Below are positions 40,233-52,445 of a stretch of DNA of 64,000 bases, in pieces. The translations under genes were made by a program, and so were the position numbers. Position 1 is the stretch's first letter; each line of letters starts with the position of its first letter. This stretch comes from Harriotta raleighana (Eukaryota), in the NCBI GenBank assembly GCA_050575255.1, contig JBNZDD010013727.1, positions 312,298 through 376,297 on the forward strand. Direction: 5' to 3'. The notes under the pieces were generated by a model, which searched no databases, had not been told where the DNA came from, and worked only from the letters and a program-made list of their open reading frames with translations.

Positions 40233-41036
40233 CATTGATTGAGTTTAAGATTATTGTACATTTCAAAAACAACTTATTTTCCAGATATGTTTTTACATTC
40301 AAACAGTCACACTATCCAACCCCACCATCGGCCAAATTCTGATAACATCAAAGCTATTAAACCAAAGACATCAGCCTTTAGGATAGCTTTTATGTTATTA
40401 CACAGAATACATACTGTAATAGGTTTGCATTTGAATAACGAAATGGACAGGAAAAAACACAAATGCTGATATTATGAGGACTATTAAACCATCTTAACTC
40501 ATCAGCCTTTAGGATAGCTGGATAGCTTTTACCTTATTATACATACATTGCAAAGGATTGTTTCAAAAATAATCGTTTTGTTCTTACTTGCATTTTTAGA
40601 TGTTTTTTTAATGGGGTAATACATTAGGAATTGCTGCAGAAATCAAAATGGAATTGATTAATAAAAAAAAATCAGCTAATTGTACACGAGTTGGTTGAGA
40701 TTCACATTTTCAAACTCGAAAATACCAGCTTAGTCCGATCGAACCAGTGAAGGCTTCAATAACAACAACAATTTTGATTTATATAGCGCCCTCCACACCG
40801 AACGGCGTCTCAGAGCGCTTCAAATGCTTCCCACTTAATGAAAAATGTCTGAAGTGATAGTACAGCAAATTAACTTGGCTATGCTGTGGAATACGTAAGT
40901 ATTCTCAAGCTACGATATGTAGAAATTCAAGAGCTCTCCAAGGATTACTTGCCATTTATCTTTCCCCAATTTGTTTTACAATAAATATACTGAAATTGAA
41001 ACCAGACATCTTGATGTACTGCCTACATGTTTTGTA

Positions 41037-41659
41037 CAGTTAACCCTCGTCGAATGCGACTTTATTGATTGCGAATTCAAGAATACAGGTCGATACAAAA
41101 GCATCACTTTTTTGTGCAGTGCTCGTAAAACTTGCGTATACGCGTGCGCACGTGTGAGGACGCTGACCGCTCTCGACTAAATCCGATGATTCCTTGGCTG
41201 GCTGGTCCCGCGCGCATGGGCACTTTTGATGAGGCCGGCAGATCCCAACTAAAGTCGATGCTTGCTCGGCTGGCTGGCCCCGCACGCAATGCATTCTTGG
41301 GTAACTCTTTAGCCTCAGAGCATCTTGATGGCATTGCATGATAAACAGAACAGACAGTAATTTAGCCTAGTTGTAGCTTTATTTTTATTGCTTTGTTAGC
41401 GCTTTATAGCAATAAAGCTGGAGTCGGCTGCCTGAGGCTCTCTGCCCGCCTACCCCCCACCCCCACCCTCGCGCGGCTCTCTGCTCCCCCCACTCCTAAC
41501 CCCACCCCCAAGCAGCTCTCTGCGGCTTGAGGTGGGTAGCCTGTGGCTGGATTCCCCTAACCCCCCTTTTCGCAATACTTGTTAAGCTTACCCAACGTGA
41601 TTTTATTGAGTGCACAGTTTTCCAAGAATGTAACCCCCGCGATCGACGAGGGTTAATTG
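41037..41659 (+). mobile_element. Tigger/pogo-like MITE (TA TSD)
   Basis: TA|CAGTTAACCCTCGTCGA ... TCGACGAGGGTTAATTG|TA; internal tandem unit of about 70 bp. Confidence 0.88.
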
Positions 41660-42012
41660 TATTTATGTGAACACCACTGAAGAAAAACAATTAAAAGGAA
41701 TACTTTACAATCTTTATACACATTTTATCTTTATCATACAATATTCTGTATTATTTAGTCTATTATTAATATGGTATGTTTTAAAGTAACATACAATATT
41801 ACTGTTGGTTAATAGATAATACAAATGTTGGTATGATTTATTCAAATCCTACTGCCATCCATTTGAAGTACAGTATATTTGGCCACTATTTCTGGTTAAA
41901 CCACCAAAATAATAGGAAAAAACAATATAACAAATATAAAAGGCCTGCAGATTTTGGTACTTTCAATTTTGAATAGGGAAAATTAATAATAATAATCCTT
42001 GCATTTGATGTA

Positions 42013-42962
42013 CAGGTAACCCTTGTCGATCTCAGGGGTTACGTTCCAGGAAAACTGCACACTCAACGAAATCGCATTGGAGAAGCTTAAGAAGTAATGG
42101 GAAAAGGGGGGTTAGGGGAATCCAGTGACAGGCTACCCAACCCAAGCCTCCAGCACATCCGATGCAAGATACCTACTGAGGCGGGCTAGAGCTGGCTGGC
42201 CTGCTCCTCGCTCCACCCGCTTCTCCCCACTCTTGTTACTCCCCCCCCCCCCCCGTCAATTGGGGAGATTGGCGGCAGGGGGTGGTGGGGGGGGGGGGGA
42301 GTAGAGAGCTGTTTGGGGGCGGGGGAGAGGTGGGGAGCAGAGAGCCGCTTGGGGCTGGTGGGGACTCGGCGGTGGGCGGAGGGCAGAGAGCCACTCGGGG
42401 GCGGGGTAAATTCGGGGAGGTGGGGAGCAGAGAGCCCCTCAAGGACGGGTGGGGGACAGAAAACTGCAGGCGGTCGGGAGATGCAGAAAGGTTACAGGGG
42501 CTTTCTTATCGCTTTGTTGCTATAATAAATCGATAAAAAAGCAGTAAAGCAAAAAAAAAGCAATAAAGCAATAAAACAATAGCTAAGCTAAATTACTGTG
42601 GGAGACTGTCTTTATTTCTATCTCTTCTGTTTACCGTGCAATGCAATAGGATCCTCCGAGGCCGAAGCGTTATTGTATTTATCCACAAAGCATTGCGCAC
42701 GGGGCCAGCCAGCCGAGGAATCATCGGCTTTAGTCGGGATCTATCGGCCTCGTCAAAAGTGCGCATGTACGCGAGACCAGCCCGAGGAATCAACGGATTT
42801 AGTCAGTAGCTATTGGCGTCCTCACCCATGCGCAAGCACGCAGGGGCCCCCCAGCGCGTATACACAAGTTTTACGCGTGCTGCACAAAAAAGTGTTGCTT
42901 TTGTTTTGTCGCGTATACTTGAATTCGCAATCAATAAATTCACGTTCGACGAGGATTAACTG
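42013..42962 (-). mobile_element. Same MITE family in the opposite orientation, inserted into a SINE tail
   Basis: TA|CAGGTAACCCTTGTCGA ... TCGACGAGGATTAACTG|TA; the flanks 41985-42012 and 42963-43125 rejoin as one minus-strand SINE. Confidence 0.88.
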
Positions 42963-45918
42963 TAGCGCTTCAAATCTTCTAGACATCTCAAAGTGCTTCA
43001 CAGAATATACTGTAAAGTGAATTGACTGTATACTTGTGGGCAGCCAATTGGGCACAGCATTGTCCCACAAACAGTCGTGGATTGAAATTACCAATTTCTT
43101 TTAAAAAATTGAGATTATTAGGCGTTTCTGTTAGAATCCATTACACAATATGTAAACAGAGATGTATCACATTCTATGGATAAAGAAAAGTACAAATTCT
43201 CCTATTTATATAATTAACCAATATAAAGGATTTCCTTACCACTCCCTCCGCTTGGCAGGCACTGGCCTGCTCCATGTCCCCTACCCTGCCCACCCACTTT
43301 CAGCAGTCAGGCTTTCAGCCTCTGGTAAAACTTCACTTTGCACCCTCCCCTGCCTCCTTCCAAGACCTGTCTCAAGATCTTCCTATTTCACTGCGTCTCC
43401 AGTCATAATAAAAGAGATTAAATGTAAAGGATTTTGTTTAAAGATAAAATACTAGACAATATTGCATGCTAGTGAAACCACATGCTCAGAGCATAAAACC
43501 TCAAACTATGTTCTGTTGGGTTCACATTTATAGGAGTATAAAGGATATCAAATATAATTTTAGAATTAAACTCATAATTCTTATTGTCAACTAGAAAATG
43601 ATTTTTGGTGTATGCTGAATTAACAAATATACCCTTTATAATGGTATAAATTAAACTGCACTCATTCATTTTAACTGAGTTTTCCAAAATAACAGGGAAA
43701 GGATGATTAGAAAAGAACTTGCATCTTTTAATTTTCCTCCCACATTTCTTAGCTGGGAGGTGTGTGAAATGCCTATTAAAAGTATAATTTTATCTATTCA
43801 ACATTCGAGTCTAACCATTTCACACCCAATTAATTAACGGTAAAGGAAGCTTTGATATTTGCATGCTTCTTTTATAGAAAAGAAATATGTACTGGAAACA
43901 ATGGGATGAAAAATCGAAAATGCTGAGATAATTATCACATCGCACATTGGATTTTTCACTTTTTCAAAATAAGAGGCCACTGATTCCACCCTTTCCATAA
44001 AAAATGTATTGCAAAGAATATGAATAAGGTAATGTAGTTANTCAGAAAATGCCATTTTTGTATTGAGCTAGTAGGGAGAGATGTGGTCTCTGTTGGATGT
44101 GGTCCAGGAACATTCAAACTACACAAGTAGCGTGACTGGTCCTGACTGTGGGAACTGAAAAGATNAATACATGGCTAATATAGCCATATATTAGTAAAAT
44201 AATCTTACAAATTTGGAGTTTGTAGTTTCATTACATTTGAGCAGTAAATCCACATGGATACATANTGGCCATATATTAGTAAAATAATCTTACAAATTTG
44301 GAGTTTGTAGTTTCATTACATTTGAGCAGTAAATCCACATGGATACATAACTTTTAGCTAAACAGCTAAAAGTTTCAATTTGGCAAGGCTGATTCCATGC
44401 TCCAATTTAACATGTCAAATGTATAAATCCATACTCCTGCACCATAGTTCTTTTGAAAGTCACAGCAGATTCAAAGACAGTAGATGCTTTGTGAAACAGC
44501 ACACATTCTTCAAGTAGCTACCTTTCACAGAATGCTCAAGATGAGCCCTTTACAAATTTTCTCAGGAGGGGTCTGACATGGTAATTTTCCCCATCAATTC
44601 AGAAGTACCCAAGAAATAACCTGAAACACAATTTGGCAACTGCTGTGAACAATTTTTTTCTCCAAATGATTGCATTTGTAAATTAAGAAAATAAATGTCT
44701 GGGTTGCTGAATATTTCTGGTTGCATCTATGAAAGAAACAAAAGTGCAGTAAACACCAACAAAATGGTATTCTTTCGACAGGAGAGATGTATGGTGTCAG
44801 AAAATAATTTTATTGTATAATTTTATAATCATAATATAATTGAATTTCTGATGCTATTCTACACAAAACAGAGGCCTGTTACCTCATGATGGCCCTTCTA
44901 TTAGAAGGATCTTTCGACAAGAGGCTAATAACTTTGAAAGCTAAAATAGGTGAAACTGTGACTGAATTTCTAAATACAGTACCTTTCAACGGGCTAAATA
45001 CTCTTTCACTGAGGATAATTTTTGAGGTGTAATTCACCACATTTCATACCCAACTCAGATGCAATGCTCCAGCAACTTCAGCCAATTCTGGTCTATTTTA
45101 AAAATCTTTTTGTTTACAAGCACAGTAAGGGTAACTCATAATGCTGCTGTGCTCCAAGTGTGACTGAAATTGTGCCTGAAGAGATTAATTTACCTCATGG
45201 AAAGTTGCACCTGTAAACAATATTCTAGCCCACTGTTTACACAAATCATACTGGTGAACATGCTAACCAAACTCTCAAGCTTGTGGATCCCATAGTGAGG
45301 AAGAAGAAACCTNGGCAATGTTACGTAGAGCTTTGAGTAGGCATCCATAACCCAATGTGAAAGGCGCCCTCTAAATGTAATTTTGTTGTTGTTGTTGTAA
45401 CCATTTCAGCCACCTGTAACCTCCTAATAAGGTAACGTTGCACTTTCAAACTGCACTTTGTAAACCAATGTAATGCCACCTTGACTCAGCCTCAAAAAAT
45501 GTTCCAAATCGCTCTTAATGAAAGTCAGTGCTCTAAAGAATAACAAAAAACTAATCACAGTATTTAAAACAGATTCTTACATCCTGAACAGCAGTTTTGG
45601 ATGTTCTAAGACCATTCAAAATAAAAGGCACCTCAGAATTGCAGTAACTCCCCTTTATTACTTACTTGCACTTGAGTTGTGTCAGTTGCTTTTCTGCGGG
45701 GAGCATAAAAATTATGATACTGCAAATCCTAATGTCAAAATGCTTGATGTCAGAGAAACATTTTTTTCTCAGCGCCCAGTGCTTGGGACGTCCTCCCGAC
45801 TTGAAAGGCGCTCTATAAATGTAATTTTGTTGTTGTTTTTTGTGGAGTTGGGTAGATTCCCCGACTAAACCAAGCAAACTCAAAGAACTCAAAACTTTCA
45901 GGACAATTAAATTATATG

Positions 45919-46175
45919 CAGGTAGACCTCGTTTAACGTTGTTTCGGCCAGCGTTGTTTCCTGATTACATTACTGATACATAGGGAACATATATTCATTA
46001 AAGTCACGACGTTCTCTATTACGTTGTTCGTGCGAGTGGAAACAAACTGCTTTGGGTAGCGTAGGCGTTTATAGATGCTGAACGTCTGTCATTCTTGCGC
46101 AAATTCGATTAACGTTGTTTTGATTAAAGCCGTATTTCCACGGACGCAACTGCGACATTAAGCGAGAACTGAGTG
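45919..46175 (+). mobile_element. Short Tigger-like MITE
   Basis: Left 110 bp shared with the 30578 element; right end ttaagcgagaactgagtg|TA. Confidence 0.7.
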
Positions 46176-46269
46176 TATACGTATATAAAATCGTAATTTA
46201 ATAGTTAATAAGATCACTAAAGAACTTGGATTTATTTACATATAAAAATGTAATAAGATGACCTGAATT

Positions 46270-46568
46270 GTGGAGTCCTTTAGCTCAGTGGTTAGAGTAC
46301 TCGCCTAACAAGCGTGAGATCTGTGTTCAAATCTAGGCAGGTCAGGGCGAAACCTTGGGCAAGTTTACTTATTCCACACGCCTAATAATAATCTCTCCAA
46401 AAAAAACTCAATAAAATTGGTCATTTCAATCCACCACTGTTTGTGGGACACTGCTGTGAGCAATTGTCTACCGCGTTTCACCCATAAATATGGTCAACTC
46501 ACTTTGTAGTATATTCTATGAAGCGCTTTTGAGATGTCTATTTTTCAAATGCAAGGATTATTATTATT
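46270..46568 (+). mobile_element. Young Deu SINE, full length
   Basis: Same family as 7974. Confidence 0.9.
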
Positions 46569-48470
46569 AATCCTATCAACAATCTCCACTATTTATAGAC
46601 TGTAGAGAATGAGCTTCAAATGTGATGGATTGCGTTGGGATTATGAAGAATGCACAGCATTTGCAAAAAGCCTATGGAGCACCAGATGGCAATTAAGGCA
46701 ATCACACTTGCACAATATTAATATGTGTAGGTGAGAAGCTTCCCGTCATTTAATGGGGACAGAAGTGAGCAGGAATGTCAATAATCATTAGTCAAGAGCC
46801 CTTACATATTGCAACATACAGTTGTCTAAACCCAAATTTTTGTGTGTTTTGACAACATTTAATACATTTCAGTTATGGAAAACATAATTTATTAACTTAA
46901 TTACCATGCCTAATGGTTGATAAACCATGTCACCGCAATGTGATTCCAATTAAATGGAAGTCAATTTGAACTAAAAGATTCAGTGTTTGTTACGACTCAT
47001 TTCAAGTGTTGCCAAAAGCTATTCAATTGGGAATAAAATCATTACAAAACAGAAAAGGGCACAGAAATATTACATTTGAATATTAAATCTGAACAAATTG
47101 CAAGCACGATGAACCCAACATTATCTAAGGTTTGAAAGTTAGCTGCCTCTATAATATAGTTACACCACTACTGATGCAAGCAGATGCGTTTAAAAAAAAA
47201 TATTTTAATGAAAATGCATCAGAAATCAGCTGATAGTTCTTATAGTTAGCTTCTGTAAAGATACAATGCCACTTTGCTCTAAACTTATACAACGCTATAT
47301 CAACACCGAACATGTACATACTCCATTTGGGATATGTAAACACAGTATTCAGCGTTAGCTCAGTATGCCCATGGAAGAGAACTACACATATGCTTGTACA
47401 AAGCTCTGGTGTGTTGTAGCATTCACAACAGAACATCTGTAATGCAGCCAGGTTCTTAAGCTTTTGTTACATTCCCATGAAGCTCAGTTCAAAATAACTG
47501 TAAATAATAACTGTAATACTCCTTACATTTGATATGGCGCCTTTCATATCAGGAGGATGTCTCAAAAGCGTTTCACAGCTTTGAGAACAAAGATAAAGTG
47601 GAGTGACCGTATACTTTGTACTAAATATTTCAAGAGATTCTACAACAGATGCTAAGTATCAGCACTACTTTCAAAATATCATAATCACATGAAAGTTGAG
47701 TGATCAAGTTTTTGTGTTTAGGTAATTGGAATACTACATAGGGAATTGAGAACGTACTAATGAGCATCTCTAAAGGGAAGCCCGATGAGGTAGTTATGTG
47801 AAATAATTTTCTTGCAAATCATCGCTTTCCATAATTTATCGTCTTCAGACATTTTAAACGATTCTAATCCCAATTATTTTTAAATGGTAGTTGTAAAGGG
47901 AGAAAGCTCCCCCAATTTGAAACAGGAATAAAGAGCTAGTCTCCAAATTATCATCTCAAAGATTCTTTGAACAACATGAAGTTAGAAGTGGCTACAAGCA
48001 GAATTCCCAAAACATTACATCTTAATTATTACTCAACTTCAGGCAGTTTTCATCCCTTTGCCTGGTATTTTTTTTTAAAGATAACACCTCACTTTGACAC
48101 TGCATCCATTTGATAGTCAACGGTTAACTTAAGTAATTCATTCACTCAATTGACAGTGATTATTAATGGTATAATTGTTAATTATTTATTAATCTAATGC
48201 ACATATTGTTAATATTTGGGAATTATTAATTATTCATTTAATAGCTGTGTTTTGCCCACAATTATACAGCCAATTCACTTTACGGTATATCCCTTGAAGT
48301 ACTTTCAGGCAATACGAAAATAGGGCTATATCAAATGCTAGGATTAATGTTATTATAATACAACCTGCAGCTTTTTAGCAATATAACAGTACATATATAA
48401 CTGTAATTATGCACCACAGGAGAAAAGAAAAAAATACTATTTGTTTAGATATTTCAATTAGGATATTAGA

Positions 48471-48765
48471 TGTGGAGTCCTGTAGCTCAGTAGTTAGAGC
48501 AAATGCCTTGCAAGCAAGAGACTTGGGTGTGATTCCAGGCAGGACAAAACCTTGGGCAAGTTTCCTTACTCCACTCCTGATAATAATCCCGTGAAAAAAA
48601 AAAAATTGGTCATTTGAATCCACGACTGTTTATGGGACACTGCTGTGTGCAATTGCTGCCGCATTTCGCAGTCAATTCACTTTACAGTATATTCTGTGAA
48701 GTGCTTTGAGACATCTAGAAGACATGAAAATCGCTGAATCAAATGCAAGGATTATTATCATTATT
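48471..48765 (+). mobile_element. Young Deu SINE
   Basis: Same family as 7974. Confidence 0.9.
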
Positions 48766-48934
48766 ATAGACAGAATTGTAAAAATACAGAAACTTAATTA
48801 CCAAGAAACTACACCACAGTTGGTGGTAATGGGGGAAACGGATACAGCATAACAACTTTTATTACTCCTGTCGTCAATATCAATGTTCTCAAAAAGATTT
48901 ATTTGATTTACTCATTTGCTTTACACAACTGAAA

Positions 48935-49222
48935 AGCATAGTGGATAGAGCACTTCCCTCGCAAGCGAGAGATTTGGGTTCAATTCCTAGCAATTGGGCA
49001 AGTTTCCTTACTCTACACGCCTGATAATAAATAATCCCGCAAGAAAAAGAAACAATTTGGTCATTCAATCCACAACTATTTGAGACACTGCTGTAACACA
49101 ATTGACTGCCGCCTTTCGCCCACCAAAAATAGTCAATTTACTTTATAGTAAATTCTGTGAAGTGTTTTGAGACACCTGGAAGACCTGAAAAGCGCTGTAT
49201 CAAATGCAAGTATTATTATTAG
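48935..49222 (+). mobile_element. Deu SINE
   Basis: Same family, more diverged. Confidence 0.85.
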
Positions 49223-49729
49223 TATTGTACTACTATATCTACTGACTTGTGATCTTATGAAAAATTAAATTGCCTCAAAGAATTTAAATTTTTGTGATAT
49301 GTGGATTGGGGACACAAAAATAAAATCCCTACCATCATAGCAGATCAGTAATTTAAGATCTTTGGTCTTGAAAAATAATTATCTTGAGCTATCAACAATT
49401 CCCCAACACATTATTCCAATATACCTTGTTGTGAATTGTAGGTGAACATTAGGCGATTTGTTTCCACTCTCAGATGGTCTAAGAGACAGGTTATCATGGA
49501 TTAAAACTTCTCCATGATTAAAACAGTAACCAAAAGGATTATGTCCTCATAACTATTGGTGGGTGAACATAGGGAAGCCAATTGGCCAGACTGTCTGCTA
49601 ACCTCTAGTTACAGTGAATAAAGAAAAGTGCAGGTCAGTTCACTTCGAGCAATAAAGTGAAAACATGCTCTTTTCATTCATTTAAATTCACTGAATCCTT
49701 AATAATTCTTCACAGAATCCCTTTTTGCT

Positions 49730-49965
49730 CCTCTAATGGCTCAGTTGGTAAGGCTACAGATGATGATGTGTGAGGTGAGCCCTACAGACCAGCTGTCACA
49801 GGTTCATTCTCGAACTTGTGTTGAGTTTGTTGATCTCAGCTAGAGCAGTAGTCTATGTTGTCCTCAAAACTATCTGGGTGGGGGAGAAAATCAGTCAGAG
49901 TTTATGCTCCTGATTACCATCTATGTTGGAAAATACACATGTGTGAATGTTAGATGATGACAATA
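49730..49965 (+). mobile_element. Old tRNA-derived SINE (second family)
   Basis: A box tggctcagttggt and B-box-like ggttcattc; related to 39995-40232. Confidence 0.55.
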
Positions 49966-50244
49966 TTAGTATTATCTATAGTACACTTGCAGGGTGAAAC
50001 AACTTGGTGACCCTCATTGTTACACAAGTAGAATGGTATCGCATGGAATGGGTGAGATTCCAGGAGGCAGTTTCTATCTTTGGAAGCCTATGCCAGCACA
50101 GGTCAGAGCATTCAGGACAAAGTCTCGACTTGAACTATACATTTCTTCACTTTAAAGCACGTGGCAATAGTTCAAAGATAAGTTCTAGCAAACATTTTGG
50201 GGATATTTGAATTATTGGAAGCAGGAATGATCTTCAGATGTACA

Positions 50245-51846
50245 TTAAACCAATGTAATATATTTATTTATACAAGTATCTGTGTGCACCAGGCATAACA
50301 TCGCATTGCCTTAATAGTTACCATATCATTAAATAAAATGACTTTTGTTCTATATTGTGTTTTTCCCCCCAGAAAATTGAAAGTAGTTTTGCCTGAACAT
50401 TTGCTTTTAACACATTGAGTAACAAATCTCAGATTCCACAATATCCCAAAATGTAGTTTATGGTCAAGGAATCTGGGATGCAAAATAAAAATAATGAGGC
50501 ATTTTACATTTTGTTTCCAGCAAACTGTATATTTATACTTTTAGCAAACAGCACATCAAATCAACATTGTACTAACTTTATAAAACAAATGTACAAAATT
50601 ACTGTACAGTAAATCTCTGGTATTTATATACACATCGATGCAAAGCTTTAATTTTTGTCCAAAGTCTTCATCATCTTATCTGTACCATATACACAATCTA
50701 TGAGGTGTGCTGTAATGTTTTTATACATGTCTGTAAGAAAATGGTAACTCAGTACAAGTTCAGGAACAAGTGATAACACCACCGCAGCAAAACCAAAGTG
50801 CTTTTCAAAGAAAAGGGAAAGTTGAGGATTTCACATGGAAGCTCTAGAAACATGAACACTTTTTTTGGGGTAAGAACATAAATGCACCAAAATATCAATC
50901 AAACTATCAGTTTTTGGTCATCAACATAGGCTGAACTCAAATTTGCACATTGTATTACACATTCATATCTCAAAATACAGAGCTATTTTAATCCCCCGAA
51001 CACAATTTCATTAACAAAGCAAAAAAAAATCAAGTTTAATATTTAGTGGAGTTTGGGTTTACAGGACAGAATTGGATTTCCGATCTGTTCTGGATTCACT
51101 CCTAACTTTGTGTAACACTGTGCACACATATGATAATTTTTTCAGATCATTTTATTTCCTTTTATTTTATTTCCAGAAGCTCAGTAGTATATGTTCCCAT
51201 ACCGACTAGACCTCAAACACATTGTATTTTCCTGACAAAAGTTCCCAATATTGAAGCAAAGAAACTGTGTGTGGGGGGGGAAATAAATTGTGTAAAAAAA
51301 AATGAAACTTTTATACTGAAATGTTAAAAGTCCAAATTCAGGATGTTATTGAGACAACCCTGGCTAGATACACTGCAGCAGAACGCCATTTGGTTTCTAA
51401 ACAGCAAAAAGCTGAACCAAGTTCCAAAGTCAGCATTGTAAAAAATTCTTAAACTAAACTAGGGGTGAAATTCTCAGCAGAATGGAATGGGCAGACAGGC
51501 TGCACTTTTCTACTTCCTACATTTCACACCTGAAGAATAAAAAAAGGAAACATTTACAGTAAGTACTCTCATACAAGTTTCAAAAATCTTATGTGTGTTT
51601 TCTTTTTCATTTTCAGAATTCTGTAGTTGAATGAGAAATATTGATGGTGGCTGAAAATCTAGTACAAAAATCACATCTTCAATTTCCACAATGGCACATT
51701 CTGATCTCCATTAGGATAGCAGGACCCATTAAAATGGTACACACACCAAAACATTTTGAAAAAGACAAAGCACAAGAGAAGGAACCCTGGTAATGTCGGC
51801 TGGATTGCAGCTCCTTCCCAACTTCACGAATATTCATCGATTACCA
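50245..51846 (-). other. NECTIN3: Probable 3' UTR of nectin-3 alpha
   Basis: AT-rich, almost repeat-free sequence after the stop. Minus-strand AATAAA at 50268-50263 (other candidates near 51151) and a TGTATATA Pumilio-type element at 50632-50625. End point is inferred. Confidence 0.5.
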
Positions 51847-52445
51847 CTAGACATACCACTCCCGACGGGAAATGACTGATCCATCTAGGTGTGAAACCAA
51901 GTCATCTTCATTTTCATCGTAGTAGTCATCATTCAGATACTGAGGTACAGTGGGAATTTTTCTACCTTCGTAATAATCGACTGGCATTTCCATTCCTTCC
52001 ATGTACCTGTTATTTATATTGTCTTCATTTCGCCACTCAATTTTGTTCAGCTCTTTGGGATAATCCTGGAATAAGTTGTTTGGTTCGAGCTTCCGTTCGC
52101 TCTTTTCATAATCAGTATATGGTTCAATTCGATTTGATGCCAATACGTCCATCTGAGAGTCCTTCTGTATATCTAAGGTTCCAGTGTACTGTTTTGTGTA
52201 GTAGTCCCCTCGGAAAGTACGTCGACGTCTCAGGAAAAACATTGTAAGAATGATAACCGCAAGTACGAGAAACAGGGTGCCGCCAACCACACCTCCAATG
52301 ATGGTTCCTAAATTTTCATTTTTCATAGAAGCCAAGGTCGATGGAGTTACTGGGGGTATTCGAGGTACAACAGATACACTTGTGATACCACCAGTCGAGT
52401 AACTTGGTGGTGCAGTTGTTGACAGTGGGGTTGTAGTAGGAGGAT
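51847..52445 (-). CDS. NECTIN3: Nectin-3 alpha isoform terminal coding exon (stalk, TM helix, cytoplasmic tail)
   Basis: Pyrimidine-rich acceptor ...ctatccccgttag|AT CCT (phase 1, G|AT=Asp). Encodes DPPTTT...IIGGVVGGTLFLVLAVIILTMFFLRRRRTFRGDYY...YDENEDDLVSHLDGSVISRREWYV*, recognisable as the vertebrate nectin-3 alpha C-terminus with the afadin-binding E-x-Y-V motif. TAG at 51849-51847. Confidence 0.96.

Noticed and set aside
42236-42536. GC-rich stretch as a CpG-island promoter or Pro/Gly-rich ORFs
   Set aside because: Internal to the 42013-42962 MITE.
51461-51531. Tiny element with aggggtgaaat/atttcacacct ends in the alpha 3' UTR
   Set aside because: An 11-bp imperfect inverted repeat without a clear TSD; insufficient support.
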